64,000 bases of DNA from Thermoproteota archaeon (GCA_029887795.1 JARXPE010000002.1:8904-72903), one strand, 5' to 3'; shown: positions 9,854-18,769, counted from the first letter of the stretch. Program-made: numbers and translations. The notes: generated by a model from the sequence alone, not told the origin.

Positions 9854-10267
9854 ATGGCACACGAGCAAGAGATAATGAAGGTGGATTCGAAGGGCAGGAT
9901 AACAATACCCTCGCACATGAGGGGCGAGCTAGGGATGAAGGAGGGGTCCTATGCCTCGGTCATGATCAACAGACAAGACAAAAGCATTGTAATAAGACCA
10001 TTTGCTGGCTCGCATGCAAAACTTGTAGAAATGAGATTAATGATACCCGACAGGCCCGGCGCATTGGCGAGAGCCGCTAGGGCGCTCAGCGAAATGAATG
10101 TTGATCTGCTGAGTAGCAACTCAAGGACGATAAAAAAAGGGGAAGTTGCTGAGTGGGTGGTCGTGGCTGATGTAGGTCAGCTCAGGATTGGTATTGAAGA
10201 TTTAAAAAAGAATTTAATCATGAGCAAGGACGTATTATCCGTGGACGTGAGAGAGCTCAGGCTTTAG
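9854..10267 (+). CDS. AbrB/MazE/SpoVT DNA-binding domain fused to an ACT domain
   Basis: N-terminal KVDSKGRITIP..R..LG..EG; C-terminal DRPGALA...L....VDL ACT motif. Confidence 0.85.
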   Translation: MAHEQEIMKVDSKGRITIPSHMRGELGMKEGSYASVMINRQDKSIVIRPFAGSHAKLVEMRLMIPDRPGALARAARALSEMNVDLLSSNSRTIKKGEVAEWVVVADVGQLRIGIEDLKKNLIMSKDVLSVDVRELRL

Positions 10268-10344
10268 TCAGCAATTCTCATAATAGTGACGACAAAAGAT
10301 AGAATCATAGGAGTAAGTGATCTCATACCCCAATCGCCTGAACA

Positions 10345-12231
10345 TTATTCTAGTCCTAGCGCTTTTCTCTTCTCGAGGATATGGGATTCTATGGCTTCTG
10401 CAGCCTTTTGCATATCATTTTCAAGCAACAAGCGTCCTCCAGTAATATCCTTGAGATCCTCTGATAGTAATTTCATCAATCTAGCTCCGCCGGTTATTGG
10501 AGGTGTGGGCGAGACATGTGTGAGTACTCCAAAGGCTAGCGCGAAGATAGCGTCGATGGTGGCTTTTTGCTCCATATACTGTGGTGCAGTAACAGCTACG
10601 GGCAGGTCAGGCACATCCACGTTAAGCGCCTTCGCGACCTCTGAGACCAGTATGGAAAGCCTGCCAGTGTCTGTGCATGTGCCAAAAGACAGAACCGGAG
10701 GGATTCCTAGCGCCCTGCAGAGGGAGCTTAATCCCGGACCTGCAAGCTCGCAAGCCTCAGGGGCACATAGTCCACCAACCTGCAGAGCTGCATTACCACA
10801 CCCCATGGAAAGCACAAGAATGTCTCGTTTTATCAGCTCTTTTGCCATGGTTATCGTCGGCACATCATGAGGGCCGTTCCCGATGCTGGTACAGGATACT
10901 AGACCCACTACACCTTTTAACTGCCCTCCCTTTATTGCTTCTAGGAGAGGAACAAGGGTGCCCCCCAAAATGGAAAGGATCGACTCAATAGAGAAGCCTA
11001 CAATGGCTGACTGAACCTTAGTCGGTATTTTAAGCCCTGCTCCCCTCCGCCTCTTGAAGTTTTCAATTGCGAGTTTCACGATCTGTTCAGACTGGGCAGC
11101 CACATTCTCAGGCATATAGTCGATGTGTTTGTCGACGCCCCTTATGTTTACGAGTGGTGAGACCGACACAAACGTTGTTGGGTACTTTGGCACGTACTCC
11201 TCCAAAGACGGAGGCGAGCAATTCATGTCCATGGCGAATACGTCAACCGCGCCTGTAGCTATGAGCGGTTCTATGGATATCCAGTTCCCTGTCATGCCCA
11301 CGAAGACATCATCCAATTCCCTTCTCTGAAGGATCTCCTGACCGGTCTCGATTGATCCTATGATCCTTATCCCCTTGGCTCCCGCCCTCTTTGCAGAGTC
11401 CTGAACCTCCGGTCTCCTGCAATACTCTATGAGAGCCATGCCCACAAACGGCTCATGACCGTTGACAACAATGTTTACGTAAGAAGGATCCAGAATGCCA
11501 AAATCGAAGTACATTCTGTGAGGACTTGGAGTTCCGAATAGTATGTCTTGACCGTACTCCAGCGGTATGAGCGACCCGTATATGCAGGATAGGGCAAGCC
11601 TCATCGCCGTCTTTGCAAGGGAGACATAATCGCCATCTACGTTTGTGAGGCAGTGTGATATTGCATCTATCTGCTCGTTCGCAGGACCTCCCGGTATTAT
11701 TCCCAATTTTTTCCAGGTAGCGACCCTACCGGGCGTGGCGAAAGTCTCAACAGTCTTCAGACTTGCATTCGAGTCACTGTTTATAATAGACAACATGAGG
11801 TGTCCAAGCTCGATAGCAAGTCGATCGGCAGGGCGGTTAACGTCAAGTCCAAGCCTGCCTGCAAAATCTTTGAGTTTGTTTGTGTCAGAAATCTTGAATG
11901 GGGTTTTCCCCTCTCCGGTCGCGATCAAGGTCTTTGCGACCTCGCGAGCGTGGTAGGTGTAAGTAGAGAGGCCCATAGCGTTTCTGAGGAGCATGTACCT
12001 AATTGCCATTCCGTCTCCGTCCATCCCGCAGGCACCCCTCTCCAGCTTCCCAGGTATTATCCTGCAAGGACCATTGCTGCAGAATTGGCAGCTGAGCCCT
12101 TTAGCGCAGAACGACTTGCATCGTATCTGTTCCTGTGCTGCCCACCTATCCCACAGGTTGGTCATGCCGTCCTCCTTCAATTTCTTGTACATTTCTTTTA
12201 TAGACTCATGTGCACTTATTTCAAAAGACAA
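10345..12231 (-). CDS. cooS: Anaerobic CO dehydrogenase catalytic-subunit homologue (atypical, CooS-V/clade D-like)
   Basis: B-cluster CQFCSNGPC...GACG; C-cluster NGH, MNC, VSC, MGC and GTC; EQKA Lys. Likely start TTG 12231 (the ORF track extends to 12306). Confidence 0.92.
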   Translation of the reverse strand: MSFEISAHESIKEMYKKLKEDGMTNLWDRWAAQEQIRCKSFCAKGLSCQFCSNGPCRIIPGKLERGACGMDGDGMAIRYMLLRNAMGLSTYTYHAREVAKTLIATGEGKTPFKISDTNKLKDFAGRLGLDVNRPADRLAIELGHLMLSIINSDSNASLKTVETFATPGRVATWKKLGIIPGGPANEQIDAISHCLTNVDGDYVSLAKTAMRLALSCIYGSLIPLEYGQDILFGTPSPHRMYFDFGILDPSYVNIVVNGHEPFVGMALIEYCRRPEVQDSAKRAGAKGIRIIGSIETGQEILQRRELDDVFVGMTGNWISIEPLIATGAVDVFAMDMNCSPPSLEEYVPKYPTTFVSVSPLVNIRGVDKHIDYMPENVAAQSEQIVKLAIENFKRRRGAGLKIPTKVQSAIVGFSIESILSILGGTLVPLLEAIKGGQLKGVVGLVSCTSIGNGPHDVPTITMAKELIKRDILVLSMGCGNAALQVGGLCAPEACELAGPGLSSLCRALGIPPVLSFGTCTDTGRLSILVSEVAKALNVDVPDLPVAVTAPQYMEQKATIDAIFALAFGVLTHVSPTPPITGGARLMKLLSEDLKDITGGRLLLENDMQKAAEAIESHILEKRKALGLE

Positions 12232-12428
12232 AATAATCCCCAGTTTTAAGTAATCATACATCGTTATAAAAGTTCGCCATATATTCACCAAGTTATTAAT
12301 TTGCATATCAACCTGTTAATAGAGTCATAATTCGTGGAAATTCACAAATTTGGTTTATTAAATTAGTCGCCAGCTCGATAATTTCAATAAAAAAAAGGTT
12401 TTAACTCATGAGCACCCGTTCGAGTTGC

Positions 12429-12536
12429 TTAGGAGACTTTAGAGCCGCAAGTCTTGCAGTAAGCAGACTCTGAAGGGATCTCAGAACCGCATTTGTGGCA
12501 GAATATTTTGGCAGCCTTCTGCTTAGTCAATCTCAA
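12429..12536 (-). CDS. Small zinc-ribbon protein (33-35 aa), not in the ORF track
   Basis: Translates (MR)MTKQKAAKIFCHKCGSEIPSESAYCKTCGSKVS*, a CxxCG-x9-CxxCG pattern. AAGGTG SD-like and AAAAGTATTTATAT BRE/TATA-like sequences lie upstream. Confidence 0.72.
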   Translation of the reverse strand: MRLTKQKAAKIFCHKCGSEIPSESAYCKTCGSKVS

Positions 12537-12625
12537 GAACACCTTTAGCCTTATTCCTAGAGATTGAGATATAAATACTTTTATTGCGTATATTATAAAT
12601 TAAAAAATTACTTGAGGCTATAATA

Positions 12626-13153
12626 ATGAAAAAATCAGTATTTTTTGGTATAAGTGCGATATTGGTGTTATATGGAGGCATCTTCCTTGCAATTTCAAGA
12701 GCTCAATGGTTCAGTTGGACAGAGAATGCTCTCAGCGACCTAGGAAACCTGAGGTATGACACTGCCCCTATTTTTAATGTAACTCTTCTCATAGCAGGGC
12801 TTTTGTTAGTATTGTATTCCTCTATCGCCTTAAGAGAACATGCTCCTAAAACTGCTTATTTTTTGGCTTTAACTGGTTTTGCCATGCAGCTAGTTGGACT
12901 ACTCTGCGAAAACTACGGGCGTTTGCACTTCTATGTATCAGTCTTGCTATTTGTTTCTCTGCCATTTGCCGCAGTATCGTATTTTATCGAAAAGAGGTGC
13001 TACTTGACTTGGTTGGTCTTTGCCGCAGTTCCGGTATGGGTGCTATACTTTCAAGGTAACCTGTTCCCAGGCGTAGCCATACCAGAGATTTTTTCGTCAT
13101 TCGTGATGCTGCCTTGGCTCGCGAAAACACTTATTAGTGTATGGAGGGGGTAG
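12626..13153 (+). CDS. DUF998-family membrane protein
   Basis: WFSW..NALSDLG...A.IFN..L motif, LH..VS..F and AIPE; multiple TM helices. Confidence 0.8.
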   Translation: MKKSVFFGISAILVLYGGIFLAISRAQWFSWTENALSDLGNLRYDTAPIFNVTLLIAGLLLVLYSSIALREHAPKTAYFLALTGFAMQLVGLLCENYGRLHFYVSVLLFVSLPFAAVSYFIEKRCYLTWLVFAAVPVWVLYFQGNLFPGVAIPEIFSSFVMLPWLAKTLISVWRG

Positions 13154-13173
13154 CTCGCAGTTTGGTGAGTTTA

Positions 13174-13485
13174 ATGAATGAAAAGTTGAGGATGAAGGAT
13201 GTTATTGATTATCATACCGGAGCTATAGTCAGCAAGACTTTGATAGACAAAGAGAACGGCAGTGTAACGGCCTTTGCCTTTGACGAAGGTCAAGGTCTGA
13301 GTGAGCATACGGCACCCTATGATGCCTTAGTTTATATATTGGAAGGTGAGGCTGAAGTAACAATCGCTGGTAAAAGCCACAAGCTCAATGAGGGAGATTA
13401 CATCATCATGTCGGCCAATATGCCCCATTCCCTAAGAGCATTGAACAGGTTCAAGATGTTGTTGGTAATGATAAAGTCGTCATAG
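13174..13485 (+). CDS. Cupin domain protein
   Basis: FAFDEGQGLSEHTAP..A...LEGE and PH.L.A...FKM motifs. ATG 13174 follows GGTGAG (ORF track start 13141). Confidence 0.9.
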   Translation: MNEKLRMKDVIDYHTGAIVSKTLIDKENGSVTAFAFDEGQGLSEHTAPYDALVYILEGEAEVTIAGKSHKLNEGDYIIMSANMPHSLRALNRFKMLLVMIKSS

Positions 13486-13522
13486 CCACATTGAAAATAA
13501 AGATGGCCCAAGATTTCGCAAC

Positions 13523-16500
13523 TCATTTGTTTGCACATATCTTACATACATTTTTCTTGAAAACACCGAACCTCTTTATCTCGACCATACATCTTGGGCA
13601 GACCTCGCGCCTGCAGTCTGGACAGGTACTAATATGAGCTGCACACAAAGTGGCGCCGCAGAGAGAGCACGTCAATCTGTCCGATTTGCAGAGAGCTTTT
13701 CCACAGACGCTGCACTTGGATTGTGTCTCCAGTAAACAGAAGATCTTTCCACATGCAGAGCATTGCCAAGAATGGGGCTTACAAACCTCCTGCCCACACT
13801 CAGAGCACCTAACCGTGCACCCTTCGCAAAATACTTTGCCACAGATCTTGCACTTCACCTGCTCTAGAGTGCATAGGCCCTTTCCGCAATTAGAGCACCT
13901 TTGTATGTGGGCATCATAATGTGTGGTACAGTACAAATTCTTGCAGACCTTGCACTCTCTAACGTGTTCTCTGCAATAGGCTTTATCAATGCATTCGTTG
14001 CACCTATAGACGCAGTCAGTGCAGAGCTTCTTCCCACAGGCGCTACAGATGTGTGGCTTTTCGTCCATGCAGTAGGACTTCCCGCAGTTCGGGCACGACC
14101 ATACATGATCAGCGCATACGCCCCTCCCGCAGAGGGAGCATACCTTTAAATGGGATGGGCAGTACATTTCTCCGCATTTGAAACAGATCAAAGGCCCTTC
14201 CAGCGAGTCTATGGATCCTCCGCACTCGGCACAGCTACCGAATATTCCTCTCCCATTCACGGCATTCCACTCAAACCTGAAGTCTTTGCTTGTTCCCTCA
14301 AAGTGGAGGCGGTATAGTGCCTCGATCATTGGGATCCACACTACTTGTATAACCTCTACTTCCACCTCGTCATGCTTTGGTTGAAATACCATGGTCTGTA
14401 GTGGGGTCTCGAGCAAGGAGTCGACTTCTGAATTCACATTGGCAATCTCCTCACGCATCTGTCTTTCGAGCCGATCTCCCTCCTTTCTCAGATTGTTGAT
14501 CTTCGAACTCAACTCCATAATCCTCTTCTCGAGCCTGGCCAGCCGTACCTCTCTCGTCTGAATCTGTTCCGAAAGCTTGAGTATTGATCTCCCTTCTCTT
14601 TCGGCTTTGGACCTCTCCCTATTGAGAGATCGCAACTCGTCCCTTATCCCCTCAACCAGTTTGTTCAGGCTTTCGTATTCTTCTCTGACAGTGTTTATGG
14701 AAGATTCGACTTCCTTAATCTTAGAAGCATATGAAGATTTTATCTCAGCGGACCTGTTATTCTTTATTTCATCAATTTTTGCCTTTAGCCTCTTTTTATA
14801 CTCCTCGAGCGACTCTCCTGGCCTAGAATACTCGCCCAAGTCCTTATGGTAGTAGACGCTTTGTGTGAGCTTTGATATTGCGTAAGTCTTGAGTAGTCCT
14901 TTCAGAGCCTCTACGCTGGAACTCTCGAAGAGTACAGAGGTTGGCAGTTCGTGCCGACCATCCCTAGAGGGAGATGGCGAGGAACCTATTTCGACGACCT
15001 CATTAGCCGTTAGTTTGTAAGCAGATTCGTGCCTCCAATCTACAATTGATATGGAGGAATCTGCTGGGACGAGCCTTCGCAGACGTTCCTTGAATTCGAG
15101 AGATGGAATTTTTCTGACAGAATTTACCGTCGCCTCAGCAAACAAGGCAGGCATATAGCGGAGGTCGGATTTTATGACCTCCGCATGGTCCAAAGTCTTG
15201 TTATCCTTGAGTGTCTCCAACATGCTGTTTTCGTCTACTTTGATTGGCATGTAATTGACAGGAAGGGATGGAGGCAGGGAAGGAGGCGCGCCCGGAGCGC
15301 CCCGCATCTTGGTCAAGCGCTCCTTAAGTGCGACCATTCTTTTTCGCATCTTCTCCCTCTCTTCAGGGGACACAAAATCTAGTGGGTTGAAACCGGGAGC
15401 GCCGTGTCTTGTTTCCCTACATCTGACCTTCACATGGAGGGGGACCCTCTCCACTACATCCCCTGTGATTATGGCGTCTCCGGGCTCTAGCCAATTTATC
15501 TCGTAAGCCCATTCATTGCCGAGTCCTCCACTCTCTAATGCTATTCTCACGTCGTTGGGGTCTGTCAGTTGGTGAATTATCCAAGTCGCGGAGAGGCTTC
15601 TCACGGTCATGTCAAGAAGTTGTGGTCGCTGGGTTAGGACTATCAAGTTTGCACCAAACTTTCTGCCCTCTTGGGCAAACCTTCTAACAACATCCAGCGT
15701 TTCCTTGACCAGAGGATCCTTTTGTTTGGTTCTCCCAGCAAATATGTGTGCTTCGTCCAAAACAAGGTAGAAGGGGGGGATTTGCATGACCATTATAGCT
15801 TCAAGCAGCTTGTTTAGTAGCTTTCCAACAATAGAATATTGATCTTGGGTTGGAAGACCTCTCAGGTTTACGATGGTGCACTGCATCTGGCTGACCAAGT
15901 CCTCTGGTTTCGCACCGTCGATGGCTGAAATGTCTATGTCAGCTCCGGGGTTGAAAATTATGTCGGCAAATTCTATTATTTGTTCTGAGTATGACTTTGG
16001 CTCCACCTTAAAATCCTTTGAAGGTGACTCGGCCGGAACCTTGAGGCTGGAGTACTCTCCATGAGCATCGATTATCACGAGAGGGACTCCTTTCTTGATT
16101 AGTTCCTCTGCCATAACGCCCATTGTGTAAGATTTGCCAGCACCTGGCTTCCCAACAATAAAAACTCTGGTCAATTTCTTGACTGGGAGCCAAACCATCA
16201 GGTCCCTTGACTTCAACTTTCCAATGTACAATCCTTCGGCATCTGCAGTAAGAATTCCGAGCCCCCTCCTAATAGTCTCATCGGAGGCCATATAGACCTC
16301 AGATCCAGGTGGAAAGGGGGTCTTGGGCGACGGACCTACCACGATACAGCTTCCCAGGAGCTTATCCCCGCTCCTCTTAACTTCTTTTATAATGAGTAAA
16401 AATGGCTTACCTTCGTGAACTACCTCAACATAGTCATTCCTTCCGTAGCTTTCGTTGGTTATAATCATTGAGAAGGAATCTGTGCTCGTAATGCCCTCGA

Positions 16501-16531
16501 TCTTACCTACGACTACGGGGTTAGAGATCAA
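13523..16531 (-). CDS. HerA/DUF87-family P-loop ATPase with coiled coil and C-terminal Cys/His repeat array
   Basis: N-terminal HAS-barrel-like region, Walker A GKPGAGKS, IIDAHGEY, Walker B LVLDEAH, arginine finger EGRKFG and TQRP; ~130-aa coiled coil; 13 CxxC-x4-CxxH/C/E/D repeats. Confidence 0.9.
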   Translation of the reverse strand: MISNPVVVGKIEGITSTDSFSMIITNESYGRNDYVEVVHEGKPFLLIIKEVKRSGDKLLGSCIVVGPSPKTPFPPGSEVYMASDETIRRGLGILTADAEGLYIGKLKSRDLMVWLPVKKLTRVFIVGKPGAGKSYTMGVMAEELIKKGVPLVIIDAHGEYSSLKVPAESPSKDFKVEPKSYSEQIIEFADIIFNPGADIDISAIDGAKPEDLVSQMQCTIVNLRGLPTQDQYSIVGKLLNKLLEAIMVMQIPPFYLVLDEAHIFAGRTKQKDPLVKETLDVVRRFAQEGRKFGANLIVLTQRPQLLDMTVRSLSATWIIHQLTDPNDVRIALESGGLGNEWAYEINWLEPGDAIITGDVVERVPLHVKVRCRETRHGAPGFNPLDFVSPEEREKMRKRMVALKERLTKMRGAPGAPPSLPPSLPVNYMPIKVDENSMLETLKDNKTLDHAEVIKSDLRYMPALFAEATVNSVRKIPSLEFKERLRRLVPADSSISIVDWRHESAYKLTANEVVEIGSSPSPSRDGRHELPTSVLFESSSVEALKGLLKTYAISKLTQSVYYHKDLGEYSRPGESLEEYKKRLKAKIDEIKNNRSAEIKSSYASKIKEVESSINTVREEYESLNKLVEGIRDELRSLNRERSKAEREGRSILKLSEQIQTREVRLARLEKRIMELSSKINNLRKEGDRLERQMREEIANVNSEVDSLLETPLQTMVFQPKHDEVEVEVIQVVWIPMIEALYRLHFEGTSKDFRFEWNAVNGRGIFGSCAECGGSIDSLEGPLICFKCGEMYCPSHLKVCSLCGRGVCADHVWSCPNCGKSYCMDEKPHICSACGKKLCTDCVYRCNECIDKAYCREHVRECKVCKNLYCTTHYDAHIQRCSNCGKGLCTLEQVKCKICGKVFCEGCTVRCSECGQEVCKPHSWQCSACGKIFCLLETQSKCSVCGKALCKSDRLTCSLCGATLCAAHISTCPDCRREVCPRCMVEIKRFGVFKKNVCKICANK
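13526..14233 (-). repeat. Coding tandem repeat: 13 x ~15-aa Cys-rich units
   Basis: Units such as CFKCGEMYCPSHLKV, CSLCGRGVCADHVWS, CSECGQEVCKPHSWQ and CSLCGATLCAAHIST, flanked by CAEC and CKIC. Confidence 0.9.
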
Positions 16532-16620
16532 TTCAAAGACCTCTTCATAAGAGTATGAACGTATAGCTTAAAAAATGTTCGGAGGCAACCCCAGTCAAAA
16601 AACGATTTGCGTCTACTAAA

Positions 16621-16704
16621 GTAAAATATACGAACTGATTTTATGGAATAAAATAAATAAATAGTATGGTAAAAGACGAAAAAATTTATATAAGGTTCGA
16701 AAAC
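16621..16704 (+). promoter_or_regulatory. hcs promoter: LysM-like half site, BRE-TATA and downstream TTCG site
   Basis: GTAAAATATACGAAC (16621-16635), AAAGACGAAAAAATTTATATAA (16672-16693) and GTTCGAAAAC (16695-16704); same layout as the lysX promoter. Confidence 0.55.
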
Positions 16705-16725
16705 AAATATTGGCGGTGCGATTCG

Positions 16726-18114
16726 ATGAGAAAAGTAATGATACTTGACACGACCCTTCGAGAGGGCGAACAGACACCTGGTGTGTCCTTTACTGTAGAA
16801 GAGAAGTTGCAAATAGCGAGGGCCCTCGATGAGGCAGGGGTCGATATGATAGAGGCAGGGCATCCTGCCGTTTCAAGGGACGTGGCCGAGGCCGTTAAGA
16901 AGATAGCCTCGGAAAGACTCTCCGCAGAGATATTGGCTCATAGCAGGGCGATCATAGCTGATGTAGATGCCGCCCTAAACTGCGATGTGCAGAGGGTGGC
17001 CATATTCCTAGGAGTGACCGAGGCAAAACTAAGATCTATGAAAATGACAAAAGAGGATGCAGTCAGCACAGCCATCTCATGTATAGAGTATGCCAAATCC
17101 CATGGGTTAAAGGTCAGGTTCACCGCAGAGGATGCGACGAGGGCTGAATATGAGTACGTGGTGAGTATATGCAGGGCGGCAGTGGAGGCGGGTGCTGACA
17201 GAATAAGCATACCAGACACAGTGGGGTCGATGACGCCGAGCAAGACAAAGGATCTTTTCACAAAACTCTCAAAGGATTTAAAAGCCGAGCTGGATGCCCA
17301 CTGCCACAATGATCTGGGGATGGCCGTTGCCAACGCGCTGGCTGCTGTGGAGGGAGGAGCCACAGCGGTGCACACCACCGTAAATGGCCTCGGGGAGAGA
17401 GCGGGCATAACCGCGCTCGAGCCTTTCGCGGTGGCCCTCAAAGTTCTTTATGATGTCGATACCGTGGAGCTTGACAAGCTCCCTGAGCTTTCGGCAATGG
17501 TTGAAAAGTTCAGCGGCATACCAGTCGCGCCTACGCAGCCCATTGTTGGGGAGAACGCTTTTTCTCATAAAGGAGGGGTCCACGCAGCCGCGGTTATCTT
17601 CGATCCAAGGACTTACGAAGCATTCCCTCCAGGACTTGTGGGGAGGCAGAGGGAGATCGTTATCAGTAAATATGCGGGGAGAGTGGCGGTTGAGGATAGG
17701 CTCAAGAGGCTGGGCGTGGCGCTTAATGAGGAGGAGCTCCTGAAAGTACTTTCTGCAATAAAGGAGAGACCCGAAATACGGAGTTACAGGGATGTAGATC
17801 TTTTAGAGTTGGCAGAAAAGGCTACGGGAAGGAGGCTCGAGGTTCAGGTTCCAAAAAAGATAGAGGCAATAGTTATGGTCAAGTGTGAGTCCAACGTCTA
17901 CACTACTTCTGTGGCGAGGAGGATCCTTTGGATTAAGGGGGTTGAGCGGGTTCTTGAAGTGAGCGGGGACTTTGACATTGAAGTCTTGATAAATGTTGAC
18001 TCTATAACGCAGATGAATGAAGTACTTGAGAACATCAGGTTAATCAAGGGTGTGACGGGGACCAACACAAGGGTGGTTCTCAAAAAATTCAACTCACTCT
18101 CCAGGCAAGAGTGA
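16726..18114 (+). CDS. hcs: Homocitrate synthase with C-terminal RAM (Lrp/AsnC-type) domain
   Basis: LDTTLREGEQ, HCHNDLG and GLGERAG; the C-terminal EVSGDFDI RAM domain matches crenarchaeal HCS; a lys cluster is in the window. Start ATG 16726. Confidence 0.85.
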   Translation: MRKVMILDTTLREGEQTPGVSFTVEEKLQIARALDEAGVDMIEAGHPAVSRDVAEAVKKIASERLSAEILAHSRAIIADVDAALNCDVQRVAIFLGVTEAKLRSMKMTKEDAVSTAISCIEYAKSHGLKVRFTAEDATRAEYEYVVSICRAAVEAGADRISIPDTVGSMTPSKTKDLFTKLSKDLKAELDAHCHNDLGMAVANALAAVEGGATAVHTTVNGLGERAGITALEPFAVALKVLYDVDTVELDKLPELSAMVEKFSGIPVAPTQPIVGENAFSHKGGVHAAAVIFDPRTYEAFPPGLVGRQREIVISKYAGRVAVEDRLKRLGVALNEEELLKVLSAIKERPEIRSYRDVDLLELAEKATGRRLEVQVPKKIEAIVMVKCESNVYTTSVARRILWIKGVERVLEVSGDFDIEVLINVDSITQMNEVLENIRLIKGVTGTNTRVVLKKFNSLSRQE

Positions 18115-18217
18115 GATATCAGGGATGATGATAAATAGAAAAATGTCTAAAGAATAAAAGCCAAAAGATAGTATTCAAAGGGAAGTGCCCAAAAACTCAC
18201 AGAACAGGATGATATTG

Positions 18218-18769
18218 ATGATGTCCAGAGAAGATGGATTAAGACTGATAAGAGAGTACGTCTCGAAAGAAAACAACATAAAGCACATGATAGCGGTAAG
18301 CGGGATAATGAAGGAGGTCGCAACGAGACTGGGAGAAAATCCTGCGGAGTGGGAGCTCGTGGGGCTTCTTCATGACATAGATTTCGAGAGGTGTAAGGGC
18401 ATAGAGGACCACACGTTAGTGGCTAAAGAGTTACTTCAAGGGAAAATTAGTGACCGTCTGATAGAGGCGATAATGGCACACAACTTTGAAAATACCAACG
18501 TTCCCTTGGACAGTGTGATAAAGAAGGCGCTTGTAGCTAGCGACGCACTGTCGGGCCTGATCGTTGCTACCGCGCTGGTGATGCCCTCCAAAAAGATAGC
18601 CGAAATAAAGATAGAGACCCTAATTAAAAAATTCAAGAGTAAGGATTTTGCGAGAGGTGCGAGCAGGGAGAGGATCGCCCTCTGCTCGGAGCTAGGGCTA
18701 TCCTTGGAAGAATTTATGGAGATTGGTTTGGAAGGTATGAAAAAAGTTGCGCCTGAGCTAGGGCTATGA
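18218..18769 (+). CDS. HD/HDIG-domain metal-dependent phosphohydrolase
   Basis: H...V, GLLHDID, H and AH motifs; D.LSGLI.A.AL..P.KK and FARGASRE. ORF track start is 18185. Confidence 0.88.
   Translation: MMSREDGLRLIREYVSKENNIKHMIAVSGIMKEVATRLGENPAEWELVGLLHDIDFERCKGIEDHTLVAKELLQGKISDRLIEAIMAHNFENTNVPLDSVIKKALVASDALSGLIVATALVMPSKKIAEIKIETLIKKFKSKDFARGASRERIALCSELGLSLEEFMEIGLEGMKKVAPELGL

Noticed and set aside
10286..12253. Multiple plus-strand ORFs up to 194 aa
   Set aside because: Antisense to cooS with no recognisable motifs. The same applies to the many shadow ORFs over trkH, the lys genes, thrB and the GPN GTPase.
12232..12306. N-terminal extension of cooS in the ORF track
   Set aside because: AT-rich and promoter-like; CooS similarity begins at about SAHESIKEM.
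12429..12536. Zinc-ribbon micro-ORF as the missing lysW
   Set aside because: It is basic, too short and lacks the acidic EDWGE C-terminus.
12420..12568. Several hairpins (GAGT-TGCTTA/TAAGCA-GACTC, AGACTT/AAGTCT, GCAGAA/TTCTGC, TCAATCTC/GAGATTGA) suggesting an ncRNA or MITE
   Set aside because: The region is better explained by a minus-strand zinc-ribbon ORF with SD and TATA, and no known RNA family motif or target-site duplication is visible. An RNA role cannot be fully excluded.
13526..14233. Multiheme cytochrome or polyferredoxin reading of the Cys-rich tail
   Set aside because: No CxxCH heme motifs, no signal peptide and no CxxCxxCxxxCP ferredoxin pattern.
13523..16531. Canonical herA of the herA-nurA-mre11-rad50 operon, or a Sir2-HerA defence system
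   Set aside because: None of those partner genes is adjacent and the domain architecture differs.
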